Assembly (NCBI GenBank): GCA_963664195.1
Contig: OY760907.1
Coordinates: 928,001 to 992,000 of the forward strand
DNA from: an uncultured candidate division Zixibacteria bacterium
Lineage (GTDB): Bacteria; Zixibacteria; MSB-5A5; GN15; FEB-12
DNA: 64,000 nucleotides
Direction: 5' to 3'
Below, one piece after another: positions 56,811 to 64,000 of this stretch; position 1 is the first letter of the stretch; every line of letters starts with the position of its first letter. The notes under the pieces were generated by a model that saw only the letters and a program-made list of their open reading frames with translations, was not told the DNA's origin and did not search any database. Made by a program: the position numbers and the translations under genes.

Positions 56811-59402
56811 CTACTCCTCCGCCTCAATCGGCACCAGCAGGAAGCTAACATCTTCAACTGCCTCACCACCGTCAATCGGTTTCACCGTAAGCTCGATCGA
56901 TTTCGGCTCTGAGCGATAGCGATAAGCCGTCAACTGATCTGAATCAACGTACGCCCGGTAATCACCCGGCAACAACCCGAGATGATAGAACTCGCCGTTG
57001 GTGAAAGTCGTCATGGTCGTGACGCTCTCGTTGGTGAGGTTCACAAAGACTACCCGGATTCCTCCGACGCCAACCACGTCGGGTCCGCGCTGTCGTTTCA
57101 CAAACCCGCTCACTTCGCCGCCCATGACCATCGGGACATCAATTGCCGTCACCATGTTCGGGTTCACGGTAATGCTGTAGTTCTCGTGCGTCGGTTTCAG
57201 CAACGGATTGTCGAGGCTGTTTTCGTCGATCTCAACTGTGTATTCATCATACGGACGAAGCCTGTCGTAATAGTACAGCCGTTCCTTGCCGTGGCGACGT
57301 CCTCCCGCTCCGCGGATTCTTGCTCGAAGGTCGGTCAGGTGTTGTTCACCGTCGTCGAATTCGCCGTTCAGATTTTCATCCAGAAACGGTCTGACAACCG
57401 CCGTTCCCAGTCCCACCGCGTTCCGGCGATCGAACAGGAGTGTACGGCGCTCGTTGTCGTACGTCACCGACCCGCTCTGCATCTGGTTCAGGGAGTAATT
57501 ACCCTGTGAATATGTCCCGCGCGTGTTGAAGGTAGCGAAATCGTTGAACAGCTTAAACGTGAGCGATATCTGGTTCGATTTCGATACGGCACTGTGTTCA
57601 AACGACACCGTCAACCGCCCGGTCTTGAATATCCGCTTCGATACCGAGACGCCGTACTTCTCCCACTCGCCACGAGTATGATTGTATTCAAGCGTAAACT
57701 GCGGCAACGCCCAATTGAAAAACCGCGTGGTGGCGAAAATCCGGCTGGAGAGATCGCTGACCGTGAGATACTGACTCTTCCTGATCCCATAGTTGCCGAA
57801 GTAGTTGAAATACACCTTTGAAACCGAACCGCTCACGCCGTAGCTCATGTTGATTCGAGAGCTGTTTTCCAGGCCGATGTACCGAATATGATATCGAAGC
57901 CCGAAATGCCGACCGCGGATCCTCAGAGGTGCGGAAGCACCAAACGTAGCCGTATATTTCTGGCCGGCAGGATTGCGGATTGCGTTCTCAGAGTAGTGAA
58001 CATACGTACCGTTGACCGTCATCAGCGAGGGACGACTGAAACTGAATCCACCGTTGACGGCGTATCCCGGAGAGAAGGAACCGTTGAGCACCAGGTCGCC
58101 ACGCGGTTGATAACTCATCTCGACAGCCGTATTCCCACCGGTTGAATCCGATGACCCCAGCGGCAACTCCGCATTAAGACCGACCGAGAGATTGCTCAAC
58201 AACCCGTAGTAACCGTTGCCCTGCACATACCGTGTGTCGGCTTCGGAGTACCGTCCGTTGCCCGCCGCGACCGAATATTCGGCAACTCCCCTCGGTACCA
58301 GATTAAACGGCACCTGCACGAATTGTTCGCGCGTCTCAATCTCTCCGTTCGGTCCGTAGAGTTTGACTTGAATCGAGGATACACCATAATTGACGTCCAG
58401 AAGGAAGTTGTACATCCCGGATTGAGAGGTCGTGGTAAAATCTACTAGCCGGTTGTTTACGTAGAGTTCAACTTCCCAACCATCGCCGGCATAATCGCTG
58501 ACTTCCACCGTCTGAAAGTGCTGTCGATTCCGTATCGGCTTGTTGGTGAATGTCACACCCTGCAGCGAGCGCGAGAATGTCCCCTGCATGAACACATTGC
58601 CGACATCTACCTGGGTCAGATACGGATTGTCCTTTACGTAGTAGTGCCAGCGGTAGTTCAACTGACTCGAATTCGGCAGTGAACTGGTATTGCCGGACAT
58701 CGACACCGACAAATCACCGCCGAGCAGCATTGCCCCCGCGCCAAGTCCGTAGTGATAAGAACGATATCCCTTCGACATGCTGGTAGACAACTGCCAGTCG
58801 GCTGCGGCACCTTTGATATACTCCCGCTGGTACGGAAGCGTCTTGACGGATTTAGTCTCGGACTGTTGCTTTCTGAGTTGCTCCTGGGCCAATCGTCGTC
58901 TGAGTTTCTGATATGCCGGAAAGGCCTCGTTGTGTGGGAGATAGATCGCCAGTTCAGAGAATTCGAACCGCATCGGCAGATTGAATATCCGGTCATACTG
59001 GTCGATCCGCAGGTATAGTTCAGTCTCCCGTGCGATATACACCGCACTGTCCAGCGCGTGTGTCTGGCCGTAACAACTCGCCTGCCGAGTATTCAAATCA
59101 ATGCGGTAGTCTTCCCCCTTGTAGAGAAACTTGCCACTGATGACATGGTTTTGGAAATCCGGCTCCACGTTGATTCCGAGCAGAGTAAAGACATCGACTA
59201 TCGGCAGATAGATGTCACGGCCGTCGTACAGGACGAAAATATCCTGGTTGAGCATACGGGGAATGGTGAAGTTGACCACGATTTCTTCGAGATATTGCTC
59301 TTGCGCGAACGAAATTGCCGGTAGCAGAGCGATTATCAGAAACACCAGAAGCAGCCACGTGAAGGGGCTGCTTTCTCTAATTCTGTTTCTGAACAAGTCC
59401 AT
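56811..59402 (-). CDS. Atypical outer-membrane usher-like protein
   Basis: 863 aa with a signal peptide, many amphipathic beta-strands, plug-like WEVELYVNNRLV...LYGPNGEIE and C-terminal FLDENLNGEFD Ig-like domains. Last gene after the pilins and chaperone. Confidence 0.65.
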   Translation of the reverse strand: MDLFRNRIRESSPFTWLLLVFLIIALLPAISFAQEQYLEEIVVNFTIPRMLNQDIFVLYDGRDIYLPIVDVFTLLGINVEPDFQNHVISGKFLYKGEDYRIDLNTRQASCYGQTHALDSAVYIARETELYLRIDQYDRIFNLPMRFEFSELAIYLPHNEAFPAYQKLRRRLAQEQLRKQQSETKSVKTLPYQREYIKGAAADWQLSTSMSKGYRSYHYGLGAGAMLLGGDLSVSMSGNTSSLPNSSQLNYRWHYYVKDNPYLTQVDVGNVFMQGTFSRSLQGVTFTNKPIRNRQHFQTVEVSDYAGDGWEVELYVNNRLVDFTTTSQSGMYNFLLDVNYGVSSIQVKLYGPNGEIETREQFVQVPFNLVPRGVAEYSVAAGNGRYSEADTRYVQGNGYYGLLSNLSVGLNAELPLGSSDSTGGNTAVEMSYQPRGDLVLNGSFSPGYAVNGGFSFSRPSLMTVNGTYVHYSENAIRNPAGQKYTATFGASAPLRIRGRHFGLRYHIRYIGLENSSRINMSYGVSGSVSKVYFNYFGNYGIRKSQYLTVSDLSSRIFATTRFFNWALPQFTLEYNHTRGEWEKYGVSVSKRIFKTGRLTVSFEHSAVSKSNQISLTFKLFNDFATFNTRGTYSQGNYSLNQMQSGSVTYDNERRTLLFDRRNAVGLGTAVVRPFLDENLNGEFDDGEQHLTDLRARIRGAGGRRHGKERLYYYDRLRPYDEYTVEIDENSLDNPLLKPTHENYSITVNPNMVTAIDVPMVMGGEVSGFVKRQRGPDVVGVGGIRVVFVNLTNESVTTMTTFTNGEFYHLGLLPGDYRAYVDSDQLTAYRYRSEPKSIELTVKPIDGGEAVEDVSFLLVPIEAEE

Positions 59403-59440
59403 CTGTTCGCTCTACAGGCTCGGCTGTTTACGTTACGCTA

Positions 59441-60313
59441 TCACTCCACCGCCAACAGGTATTCGACTCTGTTACCGGGTACGATTTCTGTGGAAGGCAC
59501 GTCGGTCCGACCGGTAGTGGTGATTGTCATCTCCACCTGGTAGGGGGCCACGAATCCGGAGTCCGGCACCGGGAGGTCAATCCGCCGACGAAGATCATAA
59601 TAGACGGCCACGTTCTGTGACATGGCGCAGACTTCTTTCTTCTCCGCGTCGATAAGTCTGCAACGGAGCAAGCCCAGATACGAGACATTGCCTCTGTTGG
59701 TCATGTCGATCATAACTTCGACCTTACCGTCAGTCAGATTGGCTTTCGGCTGTCCGACATCCAGCGCGGCACTCAAATCGCCCGTACGGTATTTGAGCGA
59801 AATCGCGGTCTGAATGATCGAATTGATTTTGGCGCTGATCTGCCCTTCTTCTGTGTCGGTAGGCAGGGCAGCGGCGGCACTCTGCGAACTGACAACCACC
59901 CTGGCCCAGTATTCACCGTCGGCAAGATCTTTGGGGGGATTGGCGACGAAACGTACGATCTGCTGGGCGCCGGCCGGAAGAACCAGCTTTCGCGGAAAGG
60001 CCTTGATCCAGGTAGCGGCTGAGCGCGGATCGGTAACGGCGGAGTCATCGAGTTGTACAGAGACATTACCGAGACTGTCTGACTCCGGCAGGCCGAAGCT
60101 GAACCAGACCGATACTTCCTTGGGAGTATCGCCCGGATTTCGCAGTATGATTCGGCCGGTTCGTTTCTGGTCGGAAAGAACTACGACCGTGGGCGCGATC
60201 AGGACACTTGCAAAGATTCTTCCTGCCGAGACGAGCAGCAGGATTGCTAACAAAACAGTTCCCCGCAGGGCCGCACCGCGGAACCCACGGGGAGTATTCA
60301 CGAGTCTTTTCAT
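59441..60313 (-). CDS. Periplasmic pilus chaperone-like protein (two Ig-like domains)
   Basis: Signal peptide; IAPTVVVL, ILRNPG, WIKAFPRKLVLPAGAQQIVR, LADGEYW and NRGNV. Confidence 0.7.
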   Translation of the reverse strand: MKRLVNTPRGFRGAALRGTVLLAILLLVSAGRIFASVLIAPTVVVLSDQKRTGRIILRNPGDTPKEVSVWFSFGLPESDSLGNVSVQLDDSAVTDPRSAATWIKAFPRKLVLPAGAQQIVRFVANPPKDLADGEYWARVVVSSQSAAAALPTDTEEGQISAKINSIIQTAISLKYRTGDLSAALDVGQPKANLTDGKVEVMIDMTNRGNVSYLGLLRCRLIDAEKKEVCAMSQNVAVYYDLRRRIDLPVPDSGFVAPYQVEMTITTTGRTDVPSTEIVPGNRVEYLLAVE

Positions 60314-60438
60314 GGCTATGCACTTCCTATGCATTTGGTTCACTATCCTAAGTGATGCTGTCAGAGCAATTAACTACATTTCTATTGCTCGGGTCAATCT
60401 GCGCCGCACATCCAGCGACGCATGAAATTCATCGTTTC

Positions 60439-60993
60439 TTAGTTGCCGGCGTACCAACAGGTCAGGATGATTGTTCCGCTGTACGCGCCAGCAGTCTGTG
60501 CATTCCTGGCCCGAATCTTTCCACCAAGGAAAATATCAAGGTCACCCGCTGCGCCTGTGGCCTGCTCCAAAACACTGTTTGGGTCGTATATGGTGTGACC
60601 ACCGTCGGTCGGAAGCACTGCGCCGCCTGTGTTGACGTGTGCCGCGTCCGTTGCGGCGAACTCAACGATCAGCTTATCACCACCGACCTCTTCGAGGTAG
60701 GTTGGCAATAACAAGGCAACCGTCAAAGGCTGCGTGGCAGCTCCGGTGATTCTCCAGATACCGACGGCAGCGTCGGCCGTAGCCACCGCAACCATGCCAG
60801 TGTCACCCGGCACAATGTCAGCAAACGTAAGATCCTGTTCACCAACGACGGCAACCTGGGCCAGAATGTTGGTAACAGCATCGTTCGATCCGGAGGCCTG
60901 CGCCTTAACGACAGAAGTTCCGGCAAGCAGAACTACCGCAGACATAATGAGCAACACTAATGTACGCTGCTTCATCCCTGAAGTGCGATTCAT
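60439..60993 (-). CDS. DUF4402-type pilin-like secreted protein
   Basis: SD GAGGAG, signal peptide, DLTFADI and C-terminal IFLGGKI...QTAGAYSGTIILT. Confidence 0.7.
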   Translation of the reverse strand: MNRTSGMKQRTLVLLIMSAVVLLAGTSVVKAQASGSNDAVTNILAQVAVVGEQDLTFADIVPGDTGMVAVATADAAVGIWRITGAATQPLTVALLLPTYLEEVGGDKLIVEFAATDAAHVNTGGAVLPTDGGHTIYDPNSVLEQATGAAGDLDIFLGGKIRARNAQTAGAYSGTIILTCWYAGN

Positions 60994-61269
60994 CTGCGAC
61001 TCCTCTCTTTTGCGAGTATATCTAAACATCATTCTATCCATATCTAGGTGTCGATCTCTTCGACTGTTTATCGTCATTATGTCTGTAATGTCGTCATCGA
61101 GTGCAATTTCTTAACAAATTCGGCGGTTTTTTTCTACAGAATTAGAGCTCAGATTGTGACCATCATTCCTTTATTGAACAGGGATTGCGGGTATTCAGGC
61201 CCCACAAATAGTCGCGCGGTATGTTTGAAATGAAAAGCAGCGACTCGGAAGAGCCACCAGCAGAAGTCG

Positions 61270-61749
61270 CTAGGTGCCCGAGGGAGAAACAGTTACGATT
61301 ATGGAGCCGGAATAAGCTCCCTGCGGTTGGGTGAATTTCGGGGAGATTGTTCCCCCCAACCAGATGGTCAGCCCCCCGGTACCGAGGGTGGCCGTGAGCG
61401 TGGTGTGCGGGTTCTGATTATTCCAGGCTGGATTGGACTGATTGCCGCCATCAGAGGAGTCAATCGCACAATCGGTAGTCGAAAAAGAAATCAACAGCAA
61501 ATCGCTATTATGTGTCAGATGAGAGGGCAGCGTAAAGTCAATCAGCACCTCTTCCCCTGCCGTCCCGGAGACAGAATACTCCGCGGCTGCCCCCGGGGTG
61601 ACCTTGGAAACTGTCTTGGGAACACCCGGGAGACCGTCGCCGAAATTCAGATCATTGACTGTGGTGACGGATTGCGCATGAACGGGAGAGACTCCCACGA
61701 TTAGCGAGAGCAGAACTGATACGGCTGCAACAATGATCGGCTTCTTCAT
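61270..61749 (-). CDS. DUF4402-type pilin-like secreted protein
   Basis: Signal peptide (VHA-Q), DLNFGD and IWLGGTI...QPQGAYSGSIIVTV. Confidence 0.7.
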   Translation of the reverse strand: MKKPIIVAAVSVLLSLIVGVSPVHAQSVTTVNDLNFGDGLPGVPKTVSKVTPGAAAEYSVSGTAGEEVLIDFTLPSHLTHNSDLLLISFSTTDCAIDSSDGGNQSNPAWNNQNPHTTLTATLGTGGLTIWLGGTISPKFTQPQGAYSGSIIVTVSPSGT

Positions 61750-61823
61750 GCTACCTTCCTGACTGTCAGCAACTTAGCCGCAATGCCAGACGGTGTCAAA
61801 TAAAACCTCACTCATGTGTGTTC

Positions 61824-62216
61824 CTAGCTTCCAGATGAAATGAGCGTAACCAAACACTCCGTGGCCCCTTCGGGCAACAGGTTGCAGATTCGGCTTTCGG
61901 TGATTAGCGGGCAGTCATCGCATTCGTCTGGAGTACAGAAAACAGGCACACCCGTGCTGCCGCCGAGCGGCTCCACCCAGACCTGTACACCCGCACTGCC
62001 GGCGGATCTGACCTGCCAGCAAGGTTCATCGACAGAACCCGCTTGGAGATGCGAGCCATCGGCACGGATCATGCCCACGGACTCCTCCACTCGAGCCGTG
62101 GCAAAAATAGTCGCTGTCGCCGTCACCCGATTAGGGTCTGCGGCATCAAGCGGCACCATAAGCACGACCAGCGAGCCGAGCAGGATGATGCTGTTTACAA
62201 CGTACGAAGCCTTCAT
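61824..62216 (-). CDS. Secreted Cys-rich hypothetical protein within the pilin cluster
   Basis: Signal peptide; ATATIFATARV strand like a pilin N-terminal extension; 6 Cys. Confidence 0.55.
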   Translation of the reverse strand: MKASYVVNSIILLGSLVVLMVPLDAADPNRVTATATIFATARVEESVGMIRADGSHLQAGSVDEPCWQVRSAGSAGVQVWVEPLGGSTGVPVFCTPDECDDCPLITESRICNLLPEGATECLVTLISSGS

Positions 62217-62351
62217 TTCGATATCTGTAGTAAAGGTGCGAGTACATTACCAAGATATCCAAAATACGAAATCCGTCAAGAAGTCGTTTGGTCGACGCTT
62301 CCCGACCGGCCTGTTAAGGCCCGGCCCCTTTTGTTGTAAATTACGCTGCGA

Positions 62352-62882
62352 TCATCCGCCCGTATAGGCAATGCTCATCGTAATATCACCCGAGTAGCTA
62401 CCGCTGGTCTGGCCGACCGCCGGCATAACCGTGCCACCGATCCAGACTGACAGCGTCCCTCCAGCACCTATTCTCAGCGGCACCGGGTTATTCGGATCGA
62501 CATTACCAAGCGGCGCGGCCTGCCCACCGCCGGTGCCGTCATCGTACGACGCATCGGTGCCAGAGAACACGATCTGCATAGTCGCAGGCAGCGTCGAATG
62601 AGCGAGCGCCAGCGGCAGTGTGATGGAAACGGATACTTCTGCTGCCGCAGTTCCGTTTATGGCCCAGGCACCGGCCGAGGCAGCATCGGTCTTGGCGACA
62701 ACTTTGTTGACACCGCCGGTCACTGCTCCGAAGGTCAGGTCATGGGTTCCCGAGATAGATAGACTAGATGCAACGGATGCTGTAGCCTGGATGATTCCGA
62801 TCTCCTGAGCGCTCGGCGATGATGCCGCCGCGACGATCAGTACGATCAGTAACAGTGTTAACTTGACTCCTTGTCTAAGCAT
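62352..62882 (-). CDS. DUF4402-type pilin-like secreted protein
   Basis: SD GAGGAG, signal peptide, IQATASV...DLTFGAV and VWIGGTV...QTSGSYSGDITMSIAY. Confidence 0.72.
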   Translation of the reverse strand: MLRQGVKLTLLLIVLIVAAASSPSAQEIGIIQATASVASSLSISGTHDLTFGAVTGGVNKVVAKTDAASAGAWAINGTAAAEVSVSITLPLALAHSTLPATMQIVFSGTDASYDDGTGGGQAAPLGNVDPNNPVPLRIGAGGTLSVWIGGTVMPAVGQTSGSYSGDITMSIAYTGG

Positions 62883-62929
62883 AACTCCTCTCCTGTTCCA
62901 AAAATGCGAGTCCTTTGAAACAGTTGAGA

Positions 62930-62946
62930 AGCAACAGCAATGCCAG
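62930..62946 (-). promoter_or_regulatory. Sigma-54 -24/-12 promoter of the pilin cluster
   Basis: Reverse strand reads CTGGCAttgctgTTGCT, with GG-N10-GC spacing, 47 bp upstream of ATG 62882. Confidence 0.7.
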
Positions 62947-63005
62947 ACCTCGCGGGCAGCGGCAATAGCCTGTTACTCAACAGGATAGCGGGCGGGATAG
63001 GGCGA

Positions 63006-63050
63006 TTGCCCAATATTGGGCAACCTCCTCATTGTGGGGATTCCCCCACA
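63006..63050. promoter_or_regulatory. Two tandem palindromes, candidate regulator/enhancer sites
   Basis: TTGCCCAATATTGGGCAA (perfect 18-mer, 63006-63023) and TGTGGGG-ATTC-CCCCACA (63033-63050). Confidence 0.45.
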
Positions 63051-63178
63051 GTGGGTAGGGAGCCGAACAGGTGTGTGTCCGATGTGAATCAGTGCCGAAA
63101 ACTGACAGATTAACATTAAAGATAGGCCCGCATCTGCCGATGAAACCTACATAAACAGTGTGCAGAAGTTGAACAGCT

Positions 63179-64000
63179 ATGAGAAATAGGATTTTGATAG
63201 CTAGTTTGAAAACACCAACGCGACAAAAAGTAATCATTGGCGGATTACTTCTGGCGCTATCGATTCCTTGCAGCCTCGCGGCTCAAGACCTGGATTGGTC
63301 TGTCTCGGTCGGCGGCTCGTATAACGATGACGCCTACTCCGGTTGTCTCACGTCCGACGGCGGCTACGCTATTCTCGGTGCCACATTCTCTTATGGCGCT
63401 GGTGGCTACGACGTATATTTACTCAAACTTGATTCTCTCGGCGACACGCTCTGGAGCAAAACGTTTGGCGGCTCCGAGGCTGACTACGGCTACGATATTC
63501 AGGAGACGGTAGACGGCGGCCTTATTCTTGTGGGTGCGACTCAGTCACAGGGAGCGGGCGGCAAGGATGTCTATCTGGCCAAAACCGATTCGGTCGGGAC
63601 TATGCTCTGGACCAGAACTTTCGGCGGAGCCTCGGACGACGACGGACGCTCGGTCAGACAAACCGACGACGGCGGCTATGTAGTTGCCGGAACCACACAG
63701 TCATACGGCCCCGGCCTTACTGATCTCTACCTCATCAAAACGAACGCCAATGGTGACACGCTCTGGACCCGTGCCTACGGCAGCGTCAGCGGCGAAACCG
63801 GCTCGGCGGTCAGGATTACGCCTGATGGCGGGTACATTGCGGTCGGCACCACCGGAGGCTTTGGTTCTGGGTACTCGAGCCTGTATGCCGTGAGAACCGA
63901 TGCAGACGGGGATTCCGTTTGGGCGGACGCTTTTGGCGGCGACAAAGCGGATATGGGATACTCAGTCGCAATCGTTCCGGACAGCGGATTCGTATTCGTG
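63179..64000 (+). CDS. Secreted beta-propeller-like repeat protein (runs off the window)
   Basis: Manual translation shows a signal peptide, then about 50-aa repeats W(S/T)(K/R)TFGG..DD.G.S...T.DGGY...G.T.S.G.G..D.YL.KTD..G..LW. Confidence 0.8.
   Translation, partial: MRNRILIASLKTPTRQKVIIGGLLLALSIPCSLAAQDLDWSVSVGGSYNDDAYSGCLTSDGGYAILGATFSYGAGGYDVYLLKLDSLGDTLWSKTFGGSEADYGYDIQETVDGGLILVGATQSQGAGGKDVYLAKTDSVGTMLWTRTFGGASDDDGRSVRQTDDGGYVVAGTTQSYGPGLTDLYLIKTNANGDTLWTRAYGSVSGETGSAVRITPDGGYIAVGTTGGFGSGYSSLYAVRTDADGDSVWADAFGGDKADMGYSVAIVPDSGFVFV

Noticed and set aside
61000..61265. Possible c-di-GMP riboswitch before the third pilin gene
   Set aside because: I could not find the GEMM consensus elements, only a weak inverted repeat.

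Overview
A 64-kb bacterial chromosomal segment of moderately high GC that uses the standard genetic code. Its gene content (group II GGGP synthase, DUF3098, DUF4402 proteins, a secreted WxxTFGG-repeat protein) suggests an FCB-group or Zixibacteria-like diderm; this is inference only. From left to right it contains: a divergent cysteine synthase homologue; a secreted aminopeptidase C; an IS3 remnant; a 46-aa zinc-ribbon gene; and a sigma-54 activator followed by a -24/-12 promoter driving a ZU5/HFS-type lipoprotein, a TPR protein and a TPR-HD-GYP protein. Next come a hemerythrin with an internal TAG, a large GH13 enzyme, rnd, a Nudix-RlmL-EamA-cyclophilin-HDOD run, CBS, TauE, an NfeD-flotillin-beta-CA-like operon, a czcCBA-type RND system, an ABC exporter and an RRM protein. 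A decayed islet beside tRNA-Asp/tRNA-Val holds an IS481 end, 144-bp direct repeats and an ankyrin gene. The recX-alaS-GGGPS-gmhA-O-antigen ligase-DUF3098 operon is followed by a DUF4388/MshEN operon ending in a bL38-like small protein, a complete classical menaquinone cluster and a secreted PepF. The window ends with a sigma-54-promoted cluster of three DUF4402 pilin-like genes, a chaperone-like gene and an atypical usher-like gene. The best candidates for undescribed systems are this DUF4402 chaperone-usher-like locus and the sigma-54 lipoprotein/TPR/HD-GYP operon. All family calls come from recognising motifs by eye; no searches were run.
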